A stretch of 64,000 nucleotides of DNA. Source: Macrostomum lignano. Taxonomy: Eukaryota. Location: NCBI GenBank assembly GCA_002269645.1, contig NIVC01000041.1:372001-436000 (forward strand), read 5' to 3'. The notes under the pieces were generated by a model. That model did not search any database and had not been told where the DNA came from. It was given only the letters and a program-made list of their open reading frames with translations. Made by a program: the position numbers and the translations under genes. Shown here one piece after another: positions 49,641-62,038 of this stretch. Positions within the stretch are counted from its first letter, which is position 1, and every line of letters begins with the position of its first letter.

Positions 49641-51280
49641 GTTATCTGAAATTAGCTTGCATTTTTTTGTAGCCAGTCACAGCATCAGATCCCGAATGAC
49701 TACACTATCAAAATCAATCATGAAAATATGATAGGCGGAGTCAATAGTAATAATTGCTGGGAATATTTAGGCTATTATGCATGCCCATCAATAGTCGCAT
49801 ACGTCACCGGTGAAGGTAAAGGAGAGTTTCCATGAGAGAAGGAAGCCCAGAGAGACGGAAGGGTCAACCCTGATTCTGTGCATGGCATCAATGCTTTCAA
49901 GAAGATTTATTACAGCTATCCATAGCTCAGCTGCTTTGGGAGCACCTGAGGCCCAAGCTGAAATTGGATGCAGGAGCAAGGAATTTCCTGCTGACGAACT
50001 GAAAGACTATTTGCCAGGTGCACAAGGCTCAATACTAGCTGAGACCGTCCAGGTGTCCGGGCTCTTGCATTGGAGTTGTTAGGGGGCCCAATTATAACAA
50101 AAGTAAAAGTTATATTACGCTTTTTGTGTCCCATTCTGCATTGTTCTCACCTTTCAGAGATGATGATGGCTTAGCAAATTTAAGCAGAAACTAACCGTCT
50201 TGTTTTCTTACAATTATTTTCACAAGAAACGGCTTGTTGATGTCCGCCAAAATAGGCCAGAGCAGACAGACGCTGTATGAGAAAATGAATAATACCCAAG
50301 TTTTCTGAGTGCTGTCCCGTCTGTCAACTAGTGCGCTTTGAGGTCTCTCTTGTTCAGAAGATAAATTGGGTGCAGGGGCTTATCGGTTAAAGCTTCCTTC
50401 ATCAAGAAACTGGATGCAACCGTTGGGGAGCTGCCGATTGCAATAGGATAAATATCCCAATTATTATATTAGAACTGCATTCAGTCAGTAAGTCAGTCGG
50501 TCCGGGCGTCTATATAAGCTATGCAGATAAAATGTTTAAATAGGGTTTGTCAGTCAGGCGACTCCGAGACGGTGGCGGCAGTGACAGAGAATAGTATATT
50601 ATATTGAAGATGGGGAATAGAGATGCGGCCTCTCAAACTAAAGATTTGCGTTCCCCCCCCTCTGTCTCTCTCTGAAATGGGGAGCGAGTCTCCGAGGCGA
50701 CTTAATCAGCCGGGGGGGGGGGTCGAGAAGAGAAAATGAGCAAACTGGAGAAAGGGAGGCCAAAGGGAGAAAGACAGTGGGGAGAACAGAGAGCGAGAAG
50801 TGTTCTAATATCAGGCCAGCTATATAACTTGGGATTATTTGGTTATCAAACAGAAGTAAAAAGGACTCAAGCGTTGCTAATGCGATTCATCCATTTTTGC
50901 TGCTCTTATATCTCTTCTCCCCCCAGTCCCAACCTCGCGGGCTCCTCTTGGTCAGCTTTTATCCGGCCGAGGGATGGGATAAGCAGAGTAAAGAGTTGAA
51001 TGCTTGGCCCCTCGCTAATCAGGTTTTGCTGCCTCAGGAGGGGAGAGAAGGGATCTGTAGTTGTTGGTAGGAACCGACGGGAGAGATGCGGATGGGGAGA
51101 CGCAGAGGCGGAGACTGAGCATTGGCTGGGATTTGATTCGGGGCTTTGATTCCAGCGCTCCCGGCGGGACACACGACGCCCAAAGCTTTTCTGACTGACT
51201 GACTTGCCTTGCTCTCGCTATGGCTGTGTCTTATGCTCGAATTACAGCTTTCAACAACTGTCGAAAGTGAGGGTGAGAGT

Positions 51281-51581
51281 GACAGAATCATGGAGCTGAG
51301 TAACAGAATCATGGAGCTGAGTGACAGAATCATGGAGCTGAGTGACAGAATCATGGAGCTGAGTGACAGAATCATGGAGCTGAGTGACAGAATCATGGAG
51401 CTGAGTGACAGAACCATGGAGCTGAGTGACAGAATCATGGAGCTGAGTGACAGAATCATGGAGCTGAGTGACAGAATCATGGAGCTGAGTGACAGAATCA
51501 TGGAGCTGAGTGACAGAATCATGGAGCTGAGTGACAGAATCATGGAGCTGAGTGACAGAATCATGGAGCTGAGTGACAGAA
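51281..51581. repeat. 21-bp minisatellite (GACAGAATCATGGAGCTGAGT)
   Basis: Direct reading. Confidence 0.95.
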
Positions 51582-52940
51582 TAAACGGAGCAATGTGACG
51601 AATGAATGGAGGAGTGTGACAGTGACGGAACGGTGTGATAGAACTCAGAATGATGATGAGGCGAAACAGAATAACAAAATTTATGCAACAGAACCATGGA
51701 AGCAGTCATTGATGGCAGTGTTTAACAGCGGGATTCGCGGGATGCGAATGTCTGTATCTAAGGAGGAGGTTCTCGGAGTAAAACAAACGTGACACATTAG
51801 AGTCAGTGATGCTTTGTTTCGAATCTACCCACCAAATATTAGCAACTAGAATAACAAAAAAATATTGAGAGAATTATTTGCTTCCCTGGGACGTCAATCT
51901 GCCATCGGGAGCCGACTTCATCCGGGATCCAGGGCTTCCAGGCCTACGAATCGTTGAAGTAGCCGCTGCTTGCGCGCGGCCTCCGGCAACCACTCCTGTT
52001 CCACTTCAGGGCGCCTGTCTGGACTTGGACTGCGCGGGCCGGGGGCGGGCATCCCGCCATCTTGCCGCCCGCAGTCCCTGGAGGAGCCGTCTTCTACCCA
52101 ACCTCCCTCCCTCCACCGCGGCATCCGAAGCCTTGTACCGGGGCGAACGGGAAGGACCTTGATTTGGGAAGACGAGGATTTGGAAGAGTGGTGGGGTGGG
52201 GGTTAATCTGGCCGGGAGAAAGCTAAAGACAGCACACTTATGCGCGTGCATGCATGGGTGTGTGTACTCGGGGGATGCATGATGAGTTTGAGCTCCGGCG
52301 CCCCCCGGGCTGGCATCCTTCAACTTAAGATACACACGCATGCAATCGCATGCTAAAGGACAGATTTTTTCGTTCCTCACTCCAGCCACTTTTTTCCACT
52401 CGACAGGATGATGAGAGGCATCTGCTCGGGTGTTTGGGGGGAGCCGTCTCGCTAAAGCTGTTTCCTTTGGAGTCGAATCTCTGACGGTCGATGAAACTCC
52501 AAATTATACATTATGGAAGGCGGGGCAGACGGAGCGCTTTTTTAGCGGCCTTTCAAGGGCTTTAGAAGGGAATGCAATGCAGAAGGGATATTTTTGGCTA
52601 TCTTCTGGAGAGACACTGTTTGCCTTGGAGAGAATTGGTTTATTCAGAAGCTCTCCTTTTGCTCCACAAAAAACTGAATTGACGAAGCGTAGAGAGGAGA
52701 CTGGACGATGATTATCTATTCATACTTGGTGTAGTGAGCTGTGCATCGAATGCTAAATAGTCATAAGGGGGTCTTTGAGCACCATGCCGCAAATTGAGAG
52801 AAGACAAGCAGTCATGCCCATTCTGCTGACTCATGAGGATGCAAGCACATACCTGAGCCGCATCTGTACGTCTGCAAGGTAAGCCTCACTCAATTGCATG
52901 TACACAGCATTAACTGTCTTGAACCCAATCCCCTCCGTAG

Positions 52941-53429
52941 GTAAACGGGCAGGATCTGAGCCGCGCCACTCACGAAGAGGCCGTGGAAGCGTTCAGAACC
53001 GCTAAGGAGCCAATCATTGTGCAGGTAATGCGCCAGCAGCATCCGCAGCAGCAGCAGCAACAAAAGCAACAGCTGTCACAATCGCTGACTGCTCAAGTAA
53101 CAATCAGCAGCAGTCTTCGGAGACCGCTGCCACCGCCGCCTCCACCACAACAACAATCAACATTGTTGTCGACTCAACCGTCTTTGCAGCCGCAGCCGCC
53201 CCCGCTATTACTATCGCTGACGCAGCCAGATAGACAGGTGGACTACGATCTGCCAGCATCGACGCTTACTTCTGGCGGCTCTTCCTGCCATCAGCAGCAG
53301 CAGTATCAGCACTATCAGCCGCTGCTCTACCTACCAGATCGTCAACAGCGACATCGTAAAACTAGTCACAGTCAAAACCGCGACCGAGAACGAAACAGTG
53401 CCAACAAGATCAGCAACGAACAGAGCTGT

Positions 53430-53478
<49 letters not shown>

Positions 53479-53564
53479 GCTACGAAACTGGTAGAACTAG
53501 CGGTACACTGACTCAGTCAGCTGTGGAGCTGTTCTTCCAGGCTGTGGAAGATTTCGACTATGAG
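52941..53564 (+). CDS. PDZRN3/4: PDZRN3/4-like exon (end of PDZ1 plus Q/P-rich linker with a CAG poly-Gln run)
   Basis: ccgtag|GTAAACGGG: [31 protein letters not shown] closely matches the PDZRN3/4 PDZ1 signature; donor GAG|GTAAAT at 53564/53565; 624 nt. Confidence 0.92.
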
Positions 53565-53624
53565 GTAAATTTGAGCTGGAGTGTTTTTGATTGAGCAATT
53601 GGCGGTTGGAACTAGATGGGGGTC

Positions 53625-54032
53625 GTGAAGTTGATGGTTGGATCTTGATTGGAATCGGGAAGTTGATGGTTGGATCTTGATTGGAATCGGGAAGTTGATG
53701 GTTGGATCTTGATTGGAATCGGGACGCTTGTGGTTGGATCTTGATTGGAATTGGGAAGTTGATGGTTGGATCTTGATTGGAATCGGGAAGTTGATGGTTG
53801 GATCTTGATTGGAATCGGGACGCTTGTGGTTGGATCTTGATTGGAATTGGGAAGTTGATGGTTGGATCTTGATTGGAATCGGGAAGTTGATGGTTGGATC
53901 TTGATTGGAATCGGGACGCTTGTGGTTGGATCTTGATTGGAATCGGGACGCTTGTGGTTGGATCTTGATTGGAATCGGGAAGTTGATGGTTGGATCTTGA
54001 TTTGAATTGGGAAGTTGATGGTTGGATCTTGA
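53625..54032. repeat. 32-bp minisatellite (GGTTGGATCTTGATTGGAATCGGGAAGTTGAT)
   Basis: Direct reading. Confidence 0.93.
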
Positions 54033-54258
54033 TCTTTACATGTACTTTGTGGTTTACCGTTGACATTGATACTAGAGTGACTCTACGAGCTCGTGAAAAA
54101 AGCAGAAGACACATCGACTTTGAATACAATCTGGAACTTTGCAGAATACTCGTAAGAAACGCCAAGTTCTGCTTTTTAGAATCTCCTATGAGCTTACTTC
54201 CTTTACACCTTGAAGCAAAAGATAATTATAATCATTTTTTATCTTCAAACTTCGACAG

Positions 54259-54381
54259 GAAGTTCAGCTGACTAGAAGTGCGGCCGGCCAGAAACTGGGG
54301 CTGACCCTGTGCTACAGCAGCTCTTGCGACAGCGCCGCCCAGGGGGACCAGCCGCCCATCACTGACGTATTCGTTGGAGAG
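54259..54381 (+). CDS. PDZRN3/4: PDZRN3/4-like exon (start of PDZ2)
   Basis: cgacag|GAA...GAG|GTGAGA; 123 nt, EVQLTRSAAGQKLGLTLCYSSS...ITDVFVGE (family motif KLGLTVCY). Confidence 0.9.
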
Positions 54382-54408
54382 GTGAGACATGGCATACAGG
54401 GCATTCAG

Positions 54409-54812
54409 CAACAATCATCCAGTTTCCAAACCCAACAATCATCCAGTTTACAAACCCAACAATCATCCAGTTTACAAACCCAACAATCATCCAGTTTACA
54501 AACCCAACAATCATCCAGTTTACAAACCCAACAATCATCCAGTTTACAAACCCAACAATCATCCAGTTTACAAACCCAACAATCATCCAGTTTACAAACC
54601 CAACAATCATCCAGTTTACAAACCCAACAATCATCCAGTTTACATACCCAACAATCATCCAGTTTACACACCCAACAATCATCCAGTTTACAAACCCAAC
54701 AATCATCCAGTTTACAAACCCAACAATCATCCAGTTTACAAACCCAACAATCATCCAGTTTACAAACCCAACAATAATCCAGTTTACAAACCCAACAATC
54801 ATCCAGTTTACA
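54409..54812. repeat. 24-bp minisatellite (AAACCCAACAATCATCCAGTTTAC)
   Basis: Direct reading. Confidence 0.95.
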
Positions 54813-55315
54813 CACCCTACTACTCAGATCCGTATATTTCAGCTACCAGAATGACTCACCAAAGCAAAAGTACATTTAGCCTCGCACTATTGCCAATTAT
54901 TTAGCAAGACATTGGAGCGCACGACACGCCAGTCTGACAGACAGATCACGCTGACTCCACACTCGCACGCATCGGGGGTTTTGAATAAAGAAACGCTAAT
55001 CAATCAGGCTAATTGTGAGGATCACTGCATCAGCTTATGGTTTTACTGCCAACCCAACTTTGCAGAGCACAGTTAGCTGGCTCTCTATCATTCATTCGCA
55101 GGTCAAAGAGCTCTCCGATCCACATTTCCCTTGATTCCACGCTCATCGTCTCGCATGACATGGCAAACTCAATATTCGGATGGCTAGCCTGCACTTTAGC
55201 TGAGCTTATTTTCCGGTTGGCATGACTGACCAAATGGTAGCAGCAAGGGAAACTGCTGAATTTGAAAGCGTCAATCGAGCACACTCCTGCAAGTTCACTC
55301 GGTCATTTCATCCAG

Positions 55316-56269
55316 GTCACACCTGACAGCGTCGCATCCGCCAGCGGTCGAATTCGAGTGGGCGATCAAATTCTGCGGATCAACGGCGAGGCGGCGCGAA
55401 CTCGCGACCAAGCGGTCAGGCTGTTTACCAACTCCGGCTCAACCGTCAACCTCCTGGTGGCCCGGCCGCGGTCGCGTCGACCCGTCGACGGCGAGGAAGA
55501 GGAGGAGGAGGAGGAAGAGGACGGGGAAGCAGAGGAGGGCAACTGCGAGGCGGATACGGCGACGGAAACTGCCGAGGCCGGCGGCGATACGGCGGAGACG
55601 CTCGACGAGGACGACGAAGAGGCCGACACGCTGGTCGAAGACGACTCAGGCGGCCGCAAAGACTTCGGGCTGGGCAGCGCGCAGAGCGCCAACGCTGCGA
55701 CTGCTGCCACCGCGAGCACCACCACGACGGACGAACTGGCGGCTAGCATTGCTCGATTGCGGGCTGCCGCCGAGGCAGTGAGCTACATCGGCGGTCCTCC
55801 AGCGCCAAGCCGTCCGGCCGTGCCTCGGATGGGCACCCGGGTTCAGCGAAGTCCGAGCGGGCAGGCGGCACCGGCGCCAGCCGCCACAATGTCAGCGTCC
55901 TCGTCTGCGTCGACTGCCTGCCAGACGGTTGGCGGCAACGAAGGCAACGGCGGCGAGGCGGACTCCGGCATGGAGTGGGTGGTGAAGAGACGCGCCGATG
56001 GCAGTCGCTACGTGACTCGACGGCCAGTTCGGGCGCGCCTGCTCCGCGAGCGGGCCCGCCAGGTGGCCGAGGAGCGGCCGGGCGCTGGCACGGACGACGA
56101 CCTGGCCAGCTGTCTGGGCCGCTGGGCGCCGCGTCGCGAACGAAAGCGGCAGCTCCGTCGGCACAGGGCGGCGGCGGCGGCTGCCGCGGCTGCTGCTAGG
56201 AACGCCCGGATGCTGGCGCAGTCGCATTACGGAACTCAGACGCAGCAGGTCTCTGTTACATTCGTCTGA
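55316..56269 (+). CDS. PDZRN3/4: PDZRN3/4-like terminal exon (end of PDZ2, acidic linker, conserved C-terminal LNX3/4/5 region, PDZ-binding tail SVTFV)
   Basis: catccag|GTC; GRIRVGDQILRING...LLVARP; MEWVVKRRADGSRYVTRRPVRARLLRERA matches the family motif [27 protein letters not shown]; ends SVTFV-stop (family SVTTV). Confidence 0.93.
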   Translation, partial: VTPDSVASASGRIRVGDQILRINGEAARTRDQAVRLFTNSGSTVNLLVARPRSRRPVDGEEEEEEEEEDGEAEEGNCEADTATETAEAGGDTAETLDEDDEEADTLVEDDSGGRKDFGLGSAQSANAATAATASTTTTDELAASIARLRAAAEAVSYIGGPPAPSRPAVPRMGTRVQRSPSGQAAPAPAATMSASSSASTACQTVGGNEGNGGEADSGMEWVVKRRADGSRYVTRRPVRARLLRERARQVAEERPGAGTDDDLASCLGRWAPRRERKRQLRRHRAAAAAAAAAARNARMLAQSHYGTQTQQVSVTFV

Positions 56270-56519
56270 CTGCGCCTCTGTCTCAATCCCAATGTCTAAA
56301 GTTTCCCTGCTGAGTCGTCTCAAATTCATTGTGAATGTTTGGTGAAGCATCTGAATGGCCAAAACTAAGCTTGATCTTTCTTTGTTAGCATCCTGTATCT
56401 GCTGGGGTATCATTGCTGTTAGAATCTAGAAAATTTAGCTCGGCTAAGATCGATTGTCAGTCGGTCCTCAATTCTTGGTACCTTCCTCAACTCGAATTAT
56501 GCTATAATTGCACCAGTGC

Positions 56520-57145
56520 AATAGCTTGCTCATAGACTGTGTAATGACTGGGTCATAGACTGTGTAATAGCTTGCTCATAGACTGTGTAATGAATGGGTC
56601 ATAGACTGTGTAATAGCTTGGTCATAGACTGTGTAACAACTTGGTCATAGACTATGTAATAGCTGGGTCATAGACTGTGTAATAGCTTGCTCATAGACTG
56701 TGTAATGAATGGGTCATATACCCGGTACTGTGTAATAGCTTGCTCATAGACTGTGTAATGAATGGGTCATAGACTGTGTAATAGCTTGGTCATAGACTGT
56801 GTAATGAATGGGCCATATACTGTGTAATAGCTTGGTCATAGACTGTGTAACAACTTGGTCATAGACTATGTAATAGCTGGGTCATAGACTGTGTAATAGC
56901 TTGCTCATAGACTGTGTAATGAATGGGTCATATACTGTGTAATAGCTTGCTCATAGACTGTGTAATGAATGGGTCATAGACTGTGTAATAGCTTGCTCAT
57001 AGACTGTGTAATGAATGGGTCATAGACTGTGTGATAGCTTGGTCATGGACTGTGTAACAACTTGGTCATAGACTATGTAATAGCTGGGTCATAGACTGTG
57101 TAATTACTGGGTAATAGACTATGTAATAGCTTGGTCATAATCTGT
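56520..57145. repeat. 23-bp minisatellite (CATAGACTGTGTAATAGCTTGCT)
   Basis: Direct reading. Confidence 0.93.
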
Positions 57146-57897
57146 AATAGCTTCATCATCTACATATATTAGCTGCTTTATCATTAAAATGATGCTTGGT
57201 CATTTAACTTTTACATTGCGTTAGATCGGTCATTGACTGGTCATAAAAGGTAAAGCTTGATCATACACCGATCTGCTTAATTAAAAAATCTGCTTTGATC
57301 ATTCCAATCAAGAGTTTATCTACCAGATAGGCAGATTAATTTGCTCGAACCCAAACTCAACTCAAAGCATTGGGACTATTTAGCAATATATCACTGGTCT
57401 TGTTTGCCTAGTAACCCCGTTTGGATCTTTTTATGCAACCCATTCGCCTTCTCTGTGTCTATAATTGCATCGAAGATTACAAGTGCATCCTTGGTTCGTT
57501 CTCGTTAGCGCTTTTCTTCCATAATTTTTGTTTCGATACAAGATTGCCGAGTTGCCCTCGTGAAAATGCTTGGCTTGGCTTATAGGCTTGGCTTATGCCA
57601 GCTTCATTGCAATTTCTCACAGTTTCTTGCAATTTGAATGCAAGATTGCATCTAAATGGTCTATTGCTGCTGATGCTGCGGCCTCTGCTTTGACTAATAG
57701 AAAAACTGTACATATCTGGTGTGGCTTACTGCCTCTTCCTTCAACTATTATTTCTTCAACTGACTGCTTTGCAATCAATAAATTCACTTTGTAAATCCTT
57801 GGTGCTCGAAATGTTTGCACTTATTTAGCGAAACTAAGAGACAGAGGGAATGAAAAATTCCTCATCTTTCTCAATAGTTTTTTCACGATAAAGTACA

Positions 57898-58060
57898 CAG
57901 TGGCGCAGCCAGCAGGGGTGGGCTGAGGGGGCTCCCCCCTGAAGTTACCCCAACCCCGAAAAAAACGAAAAAAAAATAAAATACTCGTAATTACTCGCCT
58001 CCAAAAATTCCGGAGAAAAAATCCCCCCCCCCGAAAAAAATCCCCATGACTGCGCCATTG
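57898..58060. mobile_element. 163-bp hAT-type MITE
   Basis: TIRs CAGTGGCGCAGCCA / TGACTGCGCCATTG (12 of 14 match); 8-bp flanking duplication AAAGTACA (57890-57897) / TAAGTACA (58061-58068). Confidence 0.78.
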
Positions 58061-59457
58061 TAAGTACATGTAACGCTTGTACATACCGAAGAAGAATCGA
58101 GCCCATATGTTCTTGGTTCTTGTGTATTGAACTACTGTAAGTAGGCTAAGCATGCTTGCGGAATCTTATTTTCGTTATTTTGTTCGGCCGACTATAGAAT
58201 TTGAATGACAATATAATCCTGGTCTTTTTAAAATTCACAAAAAGTGTTGGAACATATTCTCAAATGAATTTATTTTGTGCCGCTATTCCTGCTATTTTTA
58301 TTCCATTTTTATCTTTTTCACTCGCAAAACGTATACATTTACATGTATAGCTATGCAATGGATCCTGCATGTGCAATGTATATATATCATACATTAAAAT
58401 TCCTAATATGCTTCACCAATGATTGCATAAATAAGCAAATAAATATAAATAGTTGAGTTTTAAATTCTTACTAACATTCGGTTCGCAGTTAACCAAAAGA
58501 TCCATCCAACTGTAATCATACACCTTAATTATTTAGGAATTTGTTTTAATTTAGATATTTATTAATTAGATTAAATAACATTACGCATGTTTTCATGTGC
58601 ATGTAACAAAAATGCTACGCTGATATGCGAGCGTAGTTTTTCAATTCTTCAAAACAGATTGGCTAGATCCAAAAATTATGCATGAAAGCCAAATTAACAT
58701 TAATTTGCAAAATACGTTTGTTTAAGTTCAGCTAGTAGTTGTTTTCCTGATTCTAAATTTGAAATTAATTAAACATGGAGCAAGTATTATTAAGTTATAT
58801 ATATATATTATTAAGTTTTTGGCGATCAACAAAGAAATAAAACCGGCAAGTAATTATTAAGATATTATCACTTCTTTGTGTGCTGAAATATGAAAAGTTC
58901 AAAATCTCGATTGTGACCCTCGCGGATGAACGAATGTTTTACGTCCTTTCGTCATTATACTAAGTTTTTATTAAATAGTCCTTAATAGAATTTAAGGACT
59001 ATTTAATAAAAATAGTCCTTTAGAAATAGAAAAGAAATAATAGAAATAGAAATAGAAATAGAAATAGTCCTTTATTAAATATCAAATAGTCGTACTTTTA
59101 CCAGATACCTCATTATACATCTAGCTAGTTAACTACCAACACACCTCGCGTACAGTAGGCCAATCAAATTATACTAAGTTTTTATTAAATAGTCCTTATT
59201 AAATATCAAATAGTCGTACTTTTACCAGATACCTCATTATACATCTAGCTATTTAACTACCAACACACCTCGTGATAGGCCAATCAAGAAAGTTTAATAA
59301 ATACATTCTTCACGTGAAGAGAATCTATGCAGAAAAACAAATTTCATAGTACTATTTACTCACGGACGGTAATTGTGTGCTCTACTATAATTTTATTGCT
59401 TTAAGTAAACTTTTGATTTAACAAGTACTTTATTTTAGTCTATGCTTGTTGTTAAAT

Positions 59458-59471
59458 GTTGCTTGGACAAC
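59458..59471. promoter_or_regulatory. Candidate RFX X-box upstream of CFAP119
   Basis: GTTGCTTGGACAAC (reverse strand GTTGTC-CA-AGCAAC) fits GTNRCC-N(0-3)-RGYAAC with one mismatch, about 105 bp upstream of the ATG of a ciliary gene. Confidence 0.55.
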
Positions 59472-59575
59472 CTATTTAGTTTTGTTACATACCCACATTT
59501 TCGGTCCGAAAAATACTTGGGAAACACGGCTTGCCGCTTTTGTTGTGTTATAAAGCAAATTAAAACAGTCTAAAA

Positions 59576-60218
59576 ATGTCTGAGGAAATCGAAAATGACG
59601 AGCCTATTTTGCAGCTTCCAAGATTTCGGAAGGCCAAGGCCTACATTTGGAAAGATATTGGAGTATCGGAGACTGACCAGCTACTTCGGATGACAGATAG
59701 TGACGCGATTAAGAGCTACCTACAAGACTCCCTTCAAATCTCTGATGACCCAACTGGTCGTCATCTAATACTTATCGATTTATTTTTCTATGCTGTTCGT
59801 TTCTGCCAAAGAAACTCGTTCAACAGTGAAAAGACTTCGTGCTTCTTATCGATAATCAAACAGACCCACGAGCTGGCATCAGAGACGCCATTCGGCAACC
59901 TCAACGAAACTCTCAAGCTCTTCAAGGATTTAGTCCTTTGCCACTCCGTTCACCGACCCCCTTTCAGTCTTGGAATATTCACACCACGGGAAGCCTCAGC
60001 TCTGTCGTACTACTTTATCGATTCGTACTTTCGACACTTCAAACTCTACAAGTACGCGTTTACTCCACAAGTGCAGTTAGACTTATCTATTGATTACGTT
60101 AAAATTCCTAAGTCGCCACAGGAACTCGTTGATGAGAAGAGAAGTGTCAGCGACGAATTGGCCACATCCGCTAGAGGTGATGCAGATGAAGCTCCTGAGG
60201 ATCAGGCCAGGCCAGAAG
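59576..60218 (+). CDS. CFAP119: Cilia- and flagella-associated protein 119 (CCDC189), exon 1
   Basis: LCHSVHRPPFSLGIF...YFIDSYFRHFKLYKYAFTPQVQLDLSIDY is the family signature; donor AAG|GTAATT at 60218/60219 (phase 1). Confidence 0.92.
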
Positions 60219-61082
60219 GTAATTTAAAAGCATGAGCAACTCTTGCCTTCCTTATTTTAAAAAAGCAATAAGGATGCTTTAAAGGATGCTTTAAACAACA
60301 ATAAGGATGCAATAAGGATCTAAAAGCAAAAGAATAGATCTCTAATATTTATTTTTAATTGCTTCTGGTGAAATTTTTTTACACTAATACCACATTTTAA
60401 AATCTGCAGCCTTTTTGTACAAGTAGAATTGCACATATAATTAAATACTACAAGCTATAGTTTTGTACTAAAATATATCTTTCTGCAGAAAAAATGTTTG
60501 CATTTTTTTATTTCAATCTCATCAAAATTAATTCAGAGTCAAATTAAATTAGACTCCTTTTTGGAATTGATTATAGCTTATAGATAAATGCACTCTAAAG
60601 GAATGTCTTAATAGCCTAATATGCTTTTGAAAGAATTGTTAGTAAAACTGAAAAATATTTAAATCTACAAGCTAAATGATTTTATTTCACTTCTAATTAT
60701 TTAATTGATTGCTACAATTTTAGCAAGATTTTTTTATACTTTATCGTATTTTTTATATCTTTTGAATGTATCAGTAGTTAAGTAAAAATAATTGCACGTA
60801 TCTGCATGGAAGTTGCATGCTTTGTTTGGGCCAAATATATCTATCTGTACTGCACAAAACTATAAATTTATTTTTTACGCTCATAGGCTAAATAGAACAT
60901 TTATTCGTGTTTATTGTCTAAGAAACCTTCAGGAAAAAGAACCTAGAATCAGAAAAGTTAAAAATCAATCGAAGAAGCAGGGAGGAAAAAGTCATGAAGA
61001 CCCACTAAATTTAAATTAAATTTATTTTATAGCGGGCCTTACCTTTAGCAAACCTGCCCTACAAATTCCCCATCATTTGCAG

Positions 61083-61330
61083 CAGGTTACGAGTCCGACC
61101 CAGACGCTGTCGCAGATCCTCGCGCAGAGTCGCTTCGCGAGCTGAAGAAAATTGTGCGCGAACGTCTCGCCGCCGAAATGCAGGAGATGCGCTCGAGTTT
61201 CGGCAGCCAGCTAAAGCTCTCCGATGAGGCGCTCGGGAAGCTGGTGGCGCCGCCGACTGGTGGCCAGCAGCTGACCGCCGAGGGTGACGGCAAAAAATCC
61301 AGCCGACAGTCGGCAAAGAAAAAGAAATGA
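61083..61330 (+). CDS. CFAP119: CFAP119 exon 2 (coiled-coil and basic tail)
   Basis: Acceptor tttgcag|cag|; phase fits exon 1; GYESDPDAVADPRAESLRELKKIVRERLAAEMQEMRSSF...SAKKKK-TGA(61328-61330); spliced product 296 aa. Confidence 0.82.
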
Positions 61331-62000
61331 TTCGGACCATAGAAACACTTCTCGCTTCACGTCTCGAAAACTTTTCTAACATGCTCTTTTTTCTTACTTA
61401 AAGTAGAATGATGCGACTGGTAGTTTAATATTTTTTATTGCCCCATATAATAAACGGGTCTACAACGCATAAATTAATTATTTCTGTTCGATATCCTGAT
61501 GTAGGAGTGAACTTATATGTATTTGAATTTTTTGCAACGTAAAGGCATGAGTGCGTTTATAATTAAGTACATGCTGCTTCAAAATAGGTGCAGAACAAAA
61601 TTTACATTCTTCTAGCATTTACAAGCGTATATTATTTTCGATTTGATTGCTATTTAACTTGTAAAATTAATTCTAGGAATATTGCAGATCAAACGTTGTC
61701 CCTCCAGCGCCCCTTGACATGCATGATCCTTCAGAGGACAGAGGCAGTGACAGAGCAAGAGGATATATTTACATTTTACGCTCGTAATTGCACACGTTAT
61801 GTTATAAGCAACATAAACACTCAAGTCCACTAAGACAGCCAGATAAGCCAGACTTAAAGAGTTAAACAAAATCTTTCTAATCTTATCATATACTAAGAGT
61901 TGTATGTCTCACCTAACACTAGCACCAATAACAATGACTCATTTCTATGGCCTTCCAGTCGAGTTCCGAATATTGCATGCCGTATACGGTATAGTTGAAT

Positions 62001-62038
62001 CAAGGACCACTATATACAGCTATATACAGTGGTCCTTG
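62001..62038. mobile_element. 38-bp hairpin mini-insertion with 11-bp TIRs and an 8-bp TSD (hAT-like)
   Basis: AGTTGAAT | CAAGGACCACT-ATATACAGCTATATAC-AGTGGTCCTTG | AGTTGAAT. Confidence 0.6.

Noticed and set aside
49788-50134. Short ORFs possibly from a Tc1-like transposase (LLWEHLRPKLK)
   Set aside because: Single weak motif, multiple stops and no TIRs.
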